In this document: in pieces, positions 1-13,937 of the stretch
How the letters are laid out: each line of letters opens with the position of its first letter
Numbering within the stretch: position 1 is the first letter of the stretch
Assembly (NCBI GenBank): GCA_951406725.2
Contig: OX597823.1
Span: forward strand, 68,882,001 to 68,946,000
Direction of reading: 5' to 3'
Origin: Octopus vulgaris
Taxonomy: Eukaryota
DNA length: 64,000 nucleotides
Made by a program: the position numbers and the translations under genes
The notes under the pieces: generated by a model
The model's input: the letters and a program-made list of their open reading frames with translations, nothing else
Databases searched by the model: none
Told to the model about the DNA's origin: nothing

Positions 1-324
1 ATCTTATGATGGTTCCTTATCATAGACATCAGTCATATATTGTTACAGTAGTGTTTATTATGTTAAATTGCTTGGATAATCTCGGATGATCGAAGTATTT
101 TTCAACTAACTGTGAGACCCAATCATGAGTTTTATTACACTGTACTATGCTGCTCAACTCCTGTAAGTTTTTAGTTTCATGTATTCTCTCATGTGAACTG
201 ATACTCTGACCCATTCATGCACTAATGTCTTTGGAAAACAAAATATATTTTGCTTCATTGGTTATTCTGAAGGATTCCCAACTTGAGATTTGTGGTCGTA
301 AATCTCTAATAGAAAAGGACATAT

Positions 325-387
325 ATGTCTGTCTGTTTGTCTGTCTGTCTGTCCGTCCGTCCGTCCGTCCATCTATCTATCTGTCTG

Positions 388-432
<45 letters not shown>

Positions 433-457
433 ATATATATATATATATATCTGTCTA

Positions 458-489
<32 letters not shown>

Positions 490-502
490 TCTAGCTAGCT
501 AG

Positions 503-564
<62 letters not shown>

Positions 565-625
565 GTCTGTCTGTCTGTCTGTCTACCTGCCTGTTGCCTG
601 CCTGCCTGCCTGCCTGCCTGTCTGT
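325..625. repeat. Compound tetranucleotide microsatellite (CTGT/CCGT/CTAT/CCTG)n with (TA)n
   Basis: Directly visible tandem arrays. Confidence 0.95.
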
Positions 626-639
626 AGATGAATATGTAC

Positions 640-845
640 ATTTTGGTTTAAAATTTTGGCACAAGGCTAGCAATTTTGGGGGAGGGGATAAGTTGATTAC
701 ATCAACTCCAGTGTTCAACTGGTTCTTATTTTATCAACCCCAAAAGACGAAAGGCGAAGACGACCATGACATTTTTTGATCTCAGAAAGTAAAGACAGAC
801 AAAACGCCTGGTGTGATAATAATTCTGCTAGCTCACTGCCTTCGT
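640..845 (-). mobile_element. SINE family B copy (degenerate)
   Basis: Reverse complement matches the family-B body (gcctttcatcct...ggttgataaaataag) seen at 33455 and 41716. Confidence 0.7.
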
Positions 846-910
846 GAATATATACATATTCATATATAAATATATGTCTCTCTCTCTCTCTCTCTTTATA
901 TATATATATC

Positions 911-1238
911 TGGCCTCCGTGCTGGTGGCACGTAAAAGGCACCATTCAAGCGTGATTGCTACCAGCATCGCCTTACTGGCACCTGTGCCGGTGGCATGTG
1001 TAAATTATATGAATGAGGTCGTTGCCAGTACCGCCTGACTGGCTCTGTGCCGGTGGTACGTAAAAAGCACCCACTACACTCTTGGAGTAGTTGGCATTAG
1101 GAAGGGCATCCAGCTTTAGAAACTCTGCCAGATCAAGATTGAAGCCTGGTTCAGCCATCTGGTTCGCCAGACCTCAGTCAGATCGTCCAACCCATGCCAG
1201 CATGGAAAGCGGACCTTAAACGATGATGATGATGATGA
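911..1238 (+). mobile_element. RTE-type LINE 3' UTR/tail copy ending in (GAT)n
   Basis: aaaagcacccactacac...aggaagggcatccagc...caacccatgccagcatggaaagcggac-(gat)n; the same tail follows the RTE ORF end at 19250-19670. Confidence 0.8.
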
Positions 1239-1241
1239 TAC

Positions 1242-1284
<43 letters not shown>

Positions 1285-1559
1285 AATTATGTATATATAT
1301 ATATATCACCATCATTTAGCACCCACTTTCCATACTGGTATAAGTTAGACACGTTGACTGAAACTGGTAAACTGGAGAGCTGCACCTGGTTCCAGTCAGA
1401 TTTTGGCTTGATTTCTATTGGCTGGATGCCCTTCTTAACACCAACCACTTTTGAGAGTGTAGTGGGTGCCTTTTACTTGTCACTGACACAGGTGCTTTTA
1501 CATGTCATTTGTGTGGATGCCTTTACATGTCACCATACACACACACACACACACAAATA

Positions 1560-2021
1560 TAAAACTGAAGGCTATCCTGTGATGGAGTTCAACCAAACGC
1601 ATACCCTCCATCAGACACCTACCATATTCTGAGCGCCTTGTTTCCCTGGGCATGGATTCACTGAAGCTCCGGCGTCTGGCGACGGACTTGGTAAACGCCC
1701 ACAAAGTTGTCAACCACCTCACCAATAACAACACTGAACACCTTTTTGATCTCCATGTGTCTAACACACGTGGACATGCCTACAAAGTCAGAAAACAACA
1801 CAGCTCCCATGACTTTTGGAAACATTTCTTCACGCTCAGAGTTGCTGAAGCATGGAATAAACTGCCTGCGTCAGTTGTTGACTGCCATGACACTGCATCC
1901 TTTAAGGCCCTCATGCTTTCCGAAATCCGTCGAAACTACACCTGATTATATATACACTTTAGATGAGTTGTAGTGCACCTGAGCACTGTACACAATGTTT
2001 ATTATTATTATTATTATTATA
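1560..2021 (+). mobile_element. CR1-clade LINE 3' end (ORF2 C-terminus, 3' UTR, (ATT)n tail)
   Basis: ORF 1652-1945 SLKLRRLATDL...TRGHAYKV...FFTLRVAEAWNKLP matches the CR1 ORF2 C-terminal pattern (L..RR...DL, TRGH..KL, FF..RV...WN.LP); (att)n at about 2001-2020. Confidence 0.88.
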
Positions 2022-2446
2022 GTTGTATGCAGGATTTGAACTCTGAATATAGAGTGACACAACTTAATACCTCAAGGTATTTTCTCTGATGTTCTGCCAG
2101 TTCAGTCAATTGATTGTCCTTCGATGAATATTCATAATACATTGTTATAGTGGTAATTATGTTATGATTAAATATGTTACATTGCTTGAATGTCTATTGA
2201 GCACCATAGTCCAATTGTCTGTTCTTTATAGACCATTGTTTAATACTTTTGTGGTGTGGCTGTGTGGTAAGAAGCTTGCTTTCCAACCACATGGTTCGAA
2301 GTTCAGTGCCATGTGTGACACTTTGGGCAACAGTCTTCTACTATAGCCTCAGGCTGACCAAAGCTTTGTGAGTGCATTTGGTAGATAGAAATTGAAAGAA
2401 ACCCATCATATATATGGTATGTGTGCATGTATGTGTATGTGTGTGT

Positions 2447-2558
2447 CACTAGTGTAGTGTGTATGCGTGTCACCTAAGGCAGACCCAAAAGTGCCGCCCT
2501 TTTAAAAGTGCCACCTGGAGTGGACCGCCCCTACCACACCCCACTACCTATGCTAGTG
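2447..2558. mobile_element. 112-bp MITE with cactag TIRs (hAT-like) inserted in the (GT)n of a SINE
   Basis: Termini cactagtgtag / ctatgctagtg are inverted repeats; gtgtgtgt on both sides (TSD length ambiguous within GT repeat). Confidence 0.65.
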
Positions 2559-2682
2559 GTGTGTGTGTGTGTTTGTCTCTGTGTTTGTCTCCCTCCACTA
2601 CTTGACAACTGGTGTTTGTGTGTTTATGTGTCTGTAACTTAGCAGTTTGGCAAAGAGACCAATAGAATAAATACCAGGCTTA

Positions 2683-2823
2683 CTCTTTGTAAGCCTAGTA
2701 CTTATTCTATCAGTCTCTTTTGCTGAACCGCTAAGTTACGGGGATGTAACACACCAGTATCAGTTGTCAAGCGATGTTGGTGGGGACAAACACAGACACA
2801 CAAACATATACACACACATATAC

Positions 2824-2874
<51 letters not shown>

Positions 2875-3033
2875 GCTTCTTTCAGGTTCTGTCTACCAAA
2901 TCCACTCACAAGTCTTTGGTCGGCCTGAGGCTATAGTAGAAGACACTTGCCCAAAGTGCAAAGTAGTGGGACTGAACCCGGAACCATGTGGTTCATAAGC
3001 AAGCTACTTACCACACAGCCACTCCTATGCCTA
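2683..3033 (-). mobile_element. SINE family A copy (inverted, nested)
   Basis: Reverse complement of the family-A consensus, including internal (TA)n/(CA)n. Confidence 0.88.
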
Positions 3034-3859
3034 TAGAAAAAAATAGGCTTGAGAAAAAATAAGTGCTGGGGTTGATTCATGTCGAATACAAATTTCTCAA
3101 GATAGTGCCCCAGCATGGCCACAGTCTAATGACTGAAACAAGCTGAAGACAAAAGATAACAGATGTATACAATAACAGGAAAATAAATCTGCAAAATCTA
3201 TGCTAGTGGGTGAATGGTATTTAATCTTATTTGTCTCTAGAAGATGAAAAGAGAAATTGATTTTAGCAACATTTGAACTGGGAACACAAAACGGAATACA
3301 GCTAAATATGGTTATTTTCTGTCACCTTACTAATTCTGCCAATCCACAATCCCAAATATGCAGAATATTGTATTGCATTTACTCCAGTGCATTTCTGACA
3401 ATACCACTTAACCAACCCATATTTTTTCTTTTTTTTTTTTTCTTTTGATGGATGTTGCATTTATAATGAATGATTTTTCAGTTTAATTTAATTGCATAGC
3501 ACTTGAGGCAAGTATGGTCTGCTCTATAACTCTGAGCCAATGAGAGCCTTGTGAGTGGATTTGGTTGAGGGAAACTGAAAGAAACCTGCCACACACACAC
3601 ACACATGTGTGTGTGTATGTGTGTGTATCTTTGTACTTGTGTTTGTCCCCACCACCACATCATAACTGGCATTGGTCATTTTACATCACCATAATTTAGC
3701 AATTTGATGAAAGAGATCAACAGACTAAGAACTAGACTTAAACATAAGTCCTGTGGTCAATTTGTTCAGCTAAAACCCTTCAAGGCAATACCCTGGTATA
3801 TCTGCAGTCCAATGATTGAACCGCGTAGAAGATGTTTCTGCTTATGAATGAAGGGAACT

Positions 3860-4067
3860 GATTATAAATCAAACCCGTGTAAAATTATGAATTCATAGAT
3901 TGGATTACGAATTTGTAAAATGGATAATAAATTCATGGAAAAGATTATGAATCAGGTCTTTTGGATTATAAATACTTTGAATTGATTATGAATCCATAGA
4001 ATGGATTAGGAATTCTTAGAGTAGATTATATATTCATAGAATGGATAATAAATCTATAGAACAGATG
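3860..4067. repeat. Degenerate ~20-bp minisatellite (consensus ~gaatggattatgaattcata), about 9-10 units
   Basis: Periodic gattatgaat/gataataaat motifs at roughly 20-nt spacing. Confidence 0.7.
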
Positions 4068-6080
4068 ATGGAACAATTCTGAAGTGCAGGTGTACAGAAA
4101 AAAAAAATAACCATCATCTATTTTCTAGCAACAAAGACTGGAAGAACATTGTGAGGAACCAGTGTAATGATGTAGAAGTTAAATCTACGAATCCAAAGGA
4201 TGCAACAACCACTAGTTATTGAGTTAATCTACATAGAATTCAGAATGCTTTACATATCCTATCCAGCAAGTTAGGAATGTTAGAAAATATAAAATTAATT
4301 TAAACATTCCAGTCATGAATGTACACACAAACACATGTATGTGTATGCAGAGATAAACATTACACACTCACACTCACACTGCATGCATAAACACACACAC
4401 ATGTACAAATATACATGTCATTTGTATTTGTAGTAGTAGCTGTGTAGTGAATACAAGACACTGAAAATTTTTGTGTTGAACTCTAGTGATATGTTGGTTT
4501 CACTGCTTGTTCTCTTCTCTTCTTTTCTTTTTGTTTTGGCATATTTATGACTACATTTTGCTGGGCATCCTTTATTTGTAAGACAGTAAAATGTTATTCA
4601 ACTGACATGTGGCTACTATTTCTGGCAGGTTTAGTGACCATGTAGAAACTCCACACTGGGCCATTAAATGTTGGTATTTGCTACTAGTGATTTTTATGGA
4701 GGATACATCAGATCTAATAATTTTTATATATTATATATTTTATATATTTTATATATAAATAGCAAAAAAAAGCAAAAAAAAAACCTTGTGATGATATTGA
4801 GTAACGTTTCTAATAATTTTTTTATGAAACTGAAGAACATTCTGACTGAATAATTATAAGTCATAATATTACAAATACAAGAAACCAGATTAGATTCTTG
4901 GTTAAAATATTCATGGAGAAATAAAGTTTTTCCTATTTTCCCAAGAAGTGATTTACAATTCTTAAGGCGCATGTGATATAACGATTTGATAAATTTAGTT
5001 AATAATAATGTATGAAACCAATAAAGAAAACATATTTTGACTTTTATGAATATTGATTGGAAACTGAATAAAGCAAATGAGAAGTGATTGGTTTACAAGT
5101 TTCTCTAACTTAACTCTGCAATATAGTTAGTTCTTAAATCAAATGTAGAAATTGAGTGTTTACTTTCCTTGATGAAAGATTAGTAATGAGGTTTAGTCAG
5201 CAATCAGGGATGAAATAACCTTCAAGGTTGACTGCATATGTATTTAAAGATGGAATGTGATGAGTCAAATAATGATAGAATGGATATTAAAAGTATTAAG
5301 GTGCAGAAGCTAGAATAGTAATGAGAGAAGACGCCAAGAAATACAGTTTCAATGGGCAAGGAAATGGAAATTATCTGTAAAGATGTTTCTTCACATAAAT
5401 AACCAAAGTACTGTCTTGATAATAATGTCTTAGTTATTAATACCACTCTCTGATAGCTCATGAGAGGAATGAAGCAAAGTTCTGGAAATAAAAGCATCAT
5501 ATCACCCTTGATAAATCATTGAATCACCTGCCTCCAAGGTCTCATCTTTGTGTGGTGTATGAAGGACAAATAGGCTCCGTTGAACCTGTCTCTTGTCACA
5601 ACCACCACCACCACCATCATCATCCTCATAATCCTCACCATCTGTTTTTCAATCCTGGCATGGAACTGGATGGTTTGATAGCAGCTGGCAATCCAAAAGG
5701 TTGTATCAAGCTCCATTGTCTGCCTTGGTATGGTTTCTACTGCTTGATGCCCTTTCTAATACTAACCCCTTAACAGAGTGTACTGGGTTCTCTCCAAATT
5801 ATTGACTCTGCATCTAAACCCCATGTACCAAGAAATAAGTGAAGTGAAAATAAACAAGTAAAAATGAATATGAAACACAAACCAAGAAAGTAAGAGCTTG
5901 CCAATATATAATGTTCTTATAAGTTTGCAGGTTCAATTTCTAGACTAAGCAGCTTATTGTGTCTCTGAGCAAGGCATTTCATTTCATGTTTTTCCAGCCC
6001 ATACAATGAATGCAATGGGTACCAACCAGGTTGTTGTTGTTCTTCTTATCAGGACTCATGCCATTAACCACAAAGATTCT

Positions 6081-6487
6081 CTTTTACTCTTTTACTTGTT
6101 TCAGTCATTTGACTGTGGCTATGCTGGAGCACCACCTTTAGTTGAGCTAATCGACCCCAGGACTTATTCTTTGTAAGCCTAGTACTTATTCTATCAGTCT
6201 CTTTTGCTGAACCGCTAAGTTACGGGAACGTAAACACACCACCATTGGTTGTCAAGCGATGTTGGGGGGGGGGGACAAACAGAAACACATAAATACACAC
6301 ACATACATATATATACATATATACGACGGGCTTCTTTCAGTTTCCACCAACCAAATCCACTCACAAGGCTTTGATTGGCCTGAGGCTATAGTAGAAGACA
6401 GTTGCCCAAGGTACCATGCAGTGGGAATGAACCTGGAAGCATGTGGTTCGTAAGCAAGCTACTTACCACACAGCCACTCCTGCGCCT
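6081..6487 (-). mobile_element. SINE family A, near full length
   Basis: Runs from the (tactctt)n tail to the cactcctgcgcc head. Confidence 0.9.
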
Positions 6488-6488
6488 T

Positions 6489-6604
6489 ATTGCAACAGTC
6501 CTTCAGTTTTTCTAAGCCCTGTAAAAGAACTCAGAAGTTTTGGCCCCTTCAACTAGGCCTTTCGTGATACTCTTAAAACTAGGAACTTTTCAGCACCCCC
6601 ATAT
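6489..6604 (-). mobile_element. Half of a mariner-derived MITE
   Basis: Reverse complement of 20057-20165; ends in TIR ggaacttttcagcacccc. Confidence 0.7.
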
Positions 6605-7302
6605 ACAATTATGCTACAGCTAATGTGGGTTAGTCAAGTATTTATTTTAATCTACAGAATCTAATTAATGTTTAAGGGTCTGAGCCAGTAAGAATTAGAT
6701 TTTTCTAATAGCGATGCAGCTAGAACTAGTAATAAGACTTAAATTGTCAACCCTGCATTTAGTATACAAATGAAACCGCCAACAGTAGTTTACAGCTGTA
6801 AGATGACCCTCAATAAACTATCACCAAAATTTAAGGATCTCAAGTGGATGAGTTAAACATGATTCTAAACAATGATAATTGGGGTGGCTGTAAACAGAAC
6901 AGGGAACAACTTGTTGCTGTAATTTTGTGATATTATTGTAAAATTGACTTCTAAGATAACTTGGATAAAAATAGATTCCCCTAAATTGACTTGCTTTAAG
7001 ATACATTGCATCAAGATGTAATCCTTGGTTGGACCAAGTAGAGTGTCTGTTTCTTGAGTGGCAGATTTAATTCAACACCTGATTTAATGCCTTCATCTGA
7101 CTCTTTAATGCCATTAAATGGTCCACTCTGTTGTTGCTGGTATTCAATTGTGTCTTCCATTTGGGGATAATTTGATATGTTGGTAAACTGCTTCCTACTT
7201 TAGCAACCTATGGGTCACAGCTTCTTGATCTCTTTGCTTGGTAAGTTCAGAGGCCATGCAGAAAGGTCATAGGCACTTCTTTCATACCTCTGACCGATGG
7301 TG

Positions 7303-7356
<54 letters not shown>

Positions 7357-8433
7357 TCCAGACAGTAGTATTTCATGCATTGGCACATTAATCTATTGCC
7401 TGGTTTGAATGATCTCATATTTATAACTTTTTGCTTTTTCTTGTTTTATTTCTAATAACTTATTGAGAGGCAAACTCATTGTATTGAATTCACTGCTACT
7501 CTGACAGTTGTACAAAATCAGAAGTGTTTAACTTGAAAATTTACATAGCATCCACTGTCTAACTGGAACATCTATATTTTTCCCATTCTTACTTGTGGAG
7601 AAGAATTTTTTGTGTGGAACTCACATTTGCAATCATGTTTGTCAATTATATTCATATATATTATAGTTCTCATAAATATGTAACTATATTCTTACTATAT
7701 TGTATACAGTTTTAGTATTGTTATAAGAAGAAGAAAAAAATTGGCATTATTGAATGAAAAGGAAAAAAAATCAACATCTTTTCAGCATTTCTTCAAATTA
7801 TGTTCGATTTATTGATTAAATTATTGATAAGATTCGTTCCATTAAAAGTGAAGAATATTTTGTAGTTTCATAAGTTTGGAGATACTTTTCAGAAAATTTT
7901 ACACAATATATATATATATATATGTGTATGTATATATATCATTATAGAATAAAATACTATAAAAAAGAATAACAAAAAAAAAACAGAAATTTGTATTAAG
8001 TTTATAGCATGGAAAAATAACATTTGAAATAACAATTTTGTAGGAAAAGTGGGGTGCAAAATAAAGTATATCTAATTTCAGGATGTTGAAATTTTTTCCC
8101 GAAATAAATATTAACAACTAATAACAGTAAATAACACTCCTGTCCGTCTATCACAAAATCTAATATCTTGTATGAAATCAAAAACGTCAGTACTATTACT
8201 GTAATAGTACTGGCATTAAATCAATGTCACTCATTCCTTTTCATACTACTGCATTAATATTTCTGAGATTCACTTAAAGGTGAGGTTTGAATTAACTTTC
8301 AAGAGACAAATGTTCACATCCCACTATACATATGCTCATCTGTGTCCCTAGCTCTCAAATAATCCAGCTTATCTTGTTGTACATAGATACCAGGGAGTGA
8401 ATGAATTGTATATTTTAGTTATTATTATCAATC

Positions 8434-8665
8434 TGTTTCTTTATTACCCACAAGGGGCTAAACATAGAGGGGACAAACAAGGACAGACAAATGGATTAAG
8501 TCGATTATATCGACCCCAGTGCGTAACTGGTACTTAATTTATCAAACCCAAAAGGATGAAAGGCAAAGTTGACATCGGTGGAATTTGAACTCAGAACGTA
8601 ACGGCAGACGAAATACGGCTACGCATTTCACCCAGCATGCTAATGGTTCTGCCTGCTCACCGCCT
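8434..8665 (-). mobile_element. SINE family B, full length
   Basis: Reverse complement of 33455-33685; flanked by att(a/g)ttatcaatc duplication. Confidence 0.88.
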
Positions 8666-8791
8666 GTAATTGTTATCAATCCCATTTACACTTGGGAAAT
8701 AAAGCTTTAGTGATCAAATACTATTTAGACTAGTAAACTTTTGAACCTTACACCATGTGAAATCATTTCTCTCAAGCCACCTTCAACTGTT

Positions 8792-9040
8792 GTGGAGGCA
8801 CAAGGCTTAGTGGCTAGGGTGTTGGACTCTTGATTGTAAGATTGTGGCTTCAATTCCTGGACTGGGTGTCACGTTCTTGAGCAAAACACCTCGTTTCACA
8901 TTGCTCCTGTCCACTCAGCTAGCAAAAATGGATAATCCTGTGGCAGATCAGCATCCTGTTGAGGTGGAGAATATATACACTGTGGAAACCAGGAAAGTGA
9001 CCCTTATAAGTTAGTAGACTTGAGAAGGAATCTTACTTTA
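8792..9040 (+). mobile_element. tRNA-derived SINE family C
   Basis: Head gtggaggcacaaggcttagtggctaggg...ttcaattcctgg followed by ttgagcaaaacac...ccactcagc. Confidence 0.7.
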
Positions 9041-9056
9041 CTTTTACTTTTAACTG

Positions 9057-9442
9057 TTCAAAGACGGATGTTCTTTGGTGTATCAAGAAATACTGTCTCA
9101 AAAGTAATGACAGCCTTTGAGAAAGAGGGAAAAACCTCCTTGAAACAAAACTCCGGAAGAAAACCCAAACTTTCGGATAGGGGCTGTCTGATTCTTATGA
9201 AAATTGTTTGAAAGGATCACAAAAGTACAGCTTCCAAAATTACTGCAGAGCTTAATGACCACCTTAAGAACCCAGTTTCCACAAAAACTGTTTGCCAGGA
9301 GCTGGAAACAATTCAAACTTTATACCAGTCCATACCTTATAGAATTCAAGCTGTAATTACTGCCAAAGGCAGTCCTACACTATATTAAAATAAATTTGTT
9401 TGAAATTTTAAGGTGTTTCCATTATTTTATACAACCCTTGTA
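9057..9442 (+). mobile_element. Tc1-family transposon relic with internal deletion and right TIR
   Basis: FGVSRNTVSK...SGRKPKLSDR (Tc1 HTH, GRPR-like) is followed shortly by the C-terminal LYQSIPYRIQAVITAKGSPTLY*; TIR-like ggtgtttccattattttatacaacccttg followed by TA. Confidence 0.8.
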
Positions 9443-9896
9443 TTCTTTCTCTTTTTTTATGCAGTTACATTTCCTTTTTATAAGATTTTAATGAAATTTA
9501 AAGGGTATTCTTGTTTAGATTCAAAACAACACCAGGGGAAGGGCAAAAACAACTGCACATACACACATGCACATACACACATACATACATACATACATAC
9601 ATACATACATACATACATACATACATACATACATACATACATACATGCATACATACATACATACATACATACATGCATACATGCTGTTGGCGATTTCTTT
9701 TCCTTCTTTGAACTTTTCCCTTTCTCCTTTCTGACAATGAGCTATGCTTGAAATGTCAAACTCTTTATTTTCACTGAGCATCAAGCTAATACATTCTTTG
9801 TGCATGTCTTCTTGTCTGTTAATTTTATTATTCTTTTCTTTTTTGAATTGATTGCTGTTTATTTGAATCGACTATGTATGTGTGTTTGTGTGTATA

Positions 9897-9952
<56 letters not shown>

Positions 9953-9955
<3 letters not shown>

Positions 9956-10150
9956 CGGGAAGCTTTATGAAAATAAACAAAAGACAAAGGCAGGTAGAAT
10001 ACAAACAAACAATTGTATTAGTATGGCGCTCTGGAATATAAATAAAACAAGTCTTTTACGTTTCGAGCCTACGCTCTTCACAGAAAGATACACAGAAAAG
10101 AAACACGGAGAGAAACAAGGAGAGAAAAAAAATGCATGCAGAAGCTAACA
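9953..10150 (-). mobile_element. Penelope-like pseudo-LTR with hammerhead-like motif, abutting (TA)n
   Basis: Reverse complement of 60380-60556; minus strand tcttt-CTGTGA-A-GAGC-gtag-GCTC-GAAAC-GTA-aaaga at 10052-10088. Confidence 0.78.
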
Positions 10151-11880
10151 AATCAATATACACATACACATGCTTAAACATGCAAAACTGAATGTGTGTA
10201 TCAGTCTTCCACACAGTTTCCATTAACCAAATTCACTCACAAGACATTGGTGGGTTAACAGGGATACAGACAAAGTTACTTGCCCAAGGTGGCACATATT
10301 GAGACTGAACCCAAAACCATGCAATTGTAAAGTGAACTTCTTAATCACAGAGTCATGTCTGTGCTTATGTGTTTTCAGCTATTGTGGGACCTTCAGGTAC
10401 AATTTTTCACAAAGGGCTACCAGAGTTTTAATAAGTTAGGGCCCTCATTCAATCTAAATAGAAAAGTGATTGTTAGTATACATGATAGTTGGAGAACACA
10501 AGTGAAAGAGAGTGTTGATATTTATAGTGTTAGCTAATATATTCATCAGAAGTTACTGTAGTGGTAATGATATGCAGTATGAGAATAAAATGAATGCTGA
10601 GAGGGGATAATTGCCATGTGCTGAGAGTGTGAAGTGCAATGCTTGAAAAAGATTAAGGAAGACATGAAGGAAAATTAGTTAAATCAAGGATCAGAATATT
10701 GGACTGCAATGATTAGGTAATAAGGAATTGAGAGGAGCAATTTTATGCTATACTACAGTTTGATCTTTGAGAAATAACATCTAAATCTCTTTCAAATCCC
10801 ATCCTACTATCTTAAAAAAAAAGGAAGTATTACAGTGATCAATGTGGTCTTAGATATGACATGCTTGAATAAAAGTCAGGATGGTCATGGCAGGAATCTT
10901 TTGTTCATTAATCTAGTCAATAACAATAACAACAACATCAAAAGACACACACACACACACACGCACATGCACACACAAACACACACACACACACACACAC
11001 ACATACATGGGGAGACAGGGAGAGAGAAAGAGAAGCAATTACTAGCAAAAGTATAGAAATGATTCAGAGAGTGAAAAACCATGTTCTGGAAGCTGAAAGA
11101 AGAATTAACTTTCCAATCTTATTATCAATGTTCATACCATTTCTCATTTCATGGGGATTAGGAAGGTTTAGACAAAGTTAATAGACAAGAAGAGGCTGGA
11201 GATAGACAGGGTAAAGGAAATGGATCCAAACTCAATTGATATAATATATTTCTATTTCAATCTCATTTATTCAGCAATTATCTTATAACAAAGATATGTG
11301 ACCCTGTGAACTGAGTCCAGATATACACCTACAGTCAGTCAGGTGATATATAGATATTTCAGATCCGTCATGTATAAAATGTGTGAGCTTTGTCAAATGA
11401 TAAAAGTCATTATTCCTGAGAAAATCAAAGAGGCTCTTTCCTATGCAATAATATTTAAAGGGTTTCACTTATTGTTCAATCAAAGGGCCAATGAATAGTA
11501 TCATTTCACCTCTACAGTGAGATGGAAGGAATCATTAAAAGTTAAGTACCTTAGTCATGAACATATCCTTTTACAGCACTGCTTACATGCTATGAACTAG
11601 CAACCTCTGGCTAGTTGCTGTGTAACCTATCAGTTCTAAATAATAAGTAGTGTCAGTTCCTTAACTTTTCATGATTGTATATAATCATCAAGAGCTGTTT
11701 AGCTTCATTGAATTCAAGGAATTAGAAAAAGGGAATAATTATAGTCAAGTCATGTCCTTTCTAAAAGCATTTGGGAATCTTTTGAAATGAAATAGTTACA
11801 ATTCATGATCAAAATTAGGATTAAGACATGGTTCATAAGTAACTTGTCTTGTAGAGTAAGACTCTTGTGCTTTTTAAATA

Positions 11881-12550
11881 TGAGGTGGTATCAAAACGTT
11901 CTCAGGCTAATTCTGTAGTGTGCTAACAGATAGCAGCACATGGTTGCATGTACAGTGACCTTCATGAGGCAGTGTGCCAAGTGACATTGCTTTTTACTTC
12001 GCGAGTTGTGAAATTTGTGATCATGTGTGTGCTGTAGTTTGCGATTTTGTCATGGACAGGAAACTGGAACAAAGAGCCAACATGAAATTTTGCATTAAAG
12101 GGAAGTCTGCTACAGAGACATTGAGCACTCTTTGGCAAGCTTACAGCGACAAGGCAATGGGTCATATGCAATGTTTTGAGAGGCATGGGCACTTCAAACA
12201 TGGAAGAATATCATTGGAAGATGATGAGTGATCAGGATGACCTGTCACAAGTGTCAACACCAGAAATGTAGTATTGTGCAATGATACTTTGTCCCCCAGA
12301 GCCAGACCATTAGTCAAGAGTTCTACTGTGACATTTTGAAACATTTGAGGGAAGACATTTGGTGAAAGGCACCAAATTTGTCGAATTGGATTCTTCATAA
12401 TGACAATGTACCCAGTCACTAAGTTCTCCTTACTCGTGAGTTTCTCACCAAAAACAACATGGTGTCACTTCTGCACCCACCCTATTCACCAGATTTAGTA
12501 TCTGCTGAATTTCATCTCTTCAAGAGGAAAATGCAGCTCAAAGAACGTTA
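11881..12550 (+). mobile_element. Mariner transposase pseudogene with left TIR
   Basis: TA then tgaggtggtatcaaaa; EQRANMKFC..GKSATETL...F..G..SLEDD (mariner HTH); WILHNDN..H and HPPYSPDL motifs; stops and a large deletion. Confidence 0.88.
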
Positions 12551-13903
12551 TTGTTAAGCTCCCGATCATCTATGATCAAGCAGACATGATCTATGATGTA
12601 CTTGCCAGAGCTATACTGCTCCTTGTATACAGTGCCCTCAAGGCCATGTTAGCCAAAGTGATAACAGGGTCTTTTTAATGTATTTGAAATGTTAAGATGT
12701 AATTTGAGTGTAATTTGGTTGCTGTATTTAGCATGGCAAGCAACCATGTAAAGACTCAACTGTTCAGTGTTTATAACAGGAAGTGAGTGCAACCACCTGT
12801 GAAAGTGTTTGCTATGACAACCCCACTCCCATCACCAAAGCAGACATTTAAAAATGGATATAAACAGTGTTAAATTAATTGTTTTGTTTGCAAATAATAA
12901 ATTGTGTAACACTATATTTTTTTTAACAAGAATATCAAATAAAAATAGTGTGTGTGCATGCACTTGTGTGTGTTGACATCCTGTAGGTTAATCATTTGTT
13001 TTATCTCTAAGATAGTGATTTTGTGTGTGTGTGTGTGTGCAAGTATGTGTGCTATGCTAAAAGGAAAATAAAGTTAGCTATGCAGTAAATAGCTTTCTTT
13101 TGATCTTTCAGTTTTGTTGTTGTTAACAAAATTGGAAATTTTAATATCTATGGTGAAGTATTTATTTAATATTATCAAGTGAGTCGTAATGTCTAAATTT
13201 GAATAATTTAAAATTTTTGGTCAATGAGTTGAAATTCTGTTACGAGAATTGTGCTCTTAAATAAGCTATATATAACTCACGCAATCCATCACTGCTTAAC
13301 ATTAACCAAAAGTTTAATGTTTCAGTTTGAAAAATGCTGTGAGCTACCAAAATACAAATTCTAAAACTGAAATTACATTGCACTGCACTATTTTGTATTT
13401 TGTTTTGTCTATCTATGCTCTAAGATCAAATCCTACAGAAGGCAATTTTTATCCATCTGAAGTCAGTAAATGAAGTATCAATAACATGCTATGAAGCTTC
13501 TTTTGTTCTCTTCAAGGGAAAAGACAATGAGTTTGGAAAACGTAAATTTCCTATTGGAAAGTAGTTGTGCAAGTGAAATAAAATAACTACAACAAATGAA
13601 AATCAAAGCTTCTTCAGAGACTCAATTTGACAGCAGCTTATCCTTAGTTCTATCTTAGTTGCCATATCAGTGAAACATGGTTTTTAATGCTACAATACCA
13701 ATGTGTACAGTAAAAAAAAATAGCTATTGGTCTTTGTCAGGTTATATAAGAGCAAGTGGTATGTTTGATCTAAAAGATTAAATTTTTCTTGTATACATCA
13801 TGCATATATATATATGTGTGTGTGTGTGTTTGTGTTTGTGTGTGTGTGTGTTTGTGTGTGTATGTGCATGTGTGCGTGCGTGTGTGTGTGTGTGTGCGTG
13901 TGT

Positions 13904-13937
<34 letters not shown>

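Larger units (their letters stand above)
2253..3160 (+). mobile_element. tRNA-derived SINE family A copy interrupted by a MITE and by an inverted copy of the same SINE
   Basis: A-box tggctgtgtgg, B-box-like region, CORE-like ctttgggcaa; the body resumes at 3045 after the inserts. Confidence 0.8.

Noticed and set aside
29-214. Protein-like 61-aa minus-strand ORF as a possible host exon
   Set aside because: No recognisable domain and no convincing splice signals
7010-7210. Open minus-strand frame (VAKSRKQF...GIKSG) as a possible exon
   Set aside because: Acceptor lacks a polypyrimidine tract, donor is weak, and no homology is recognised
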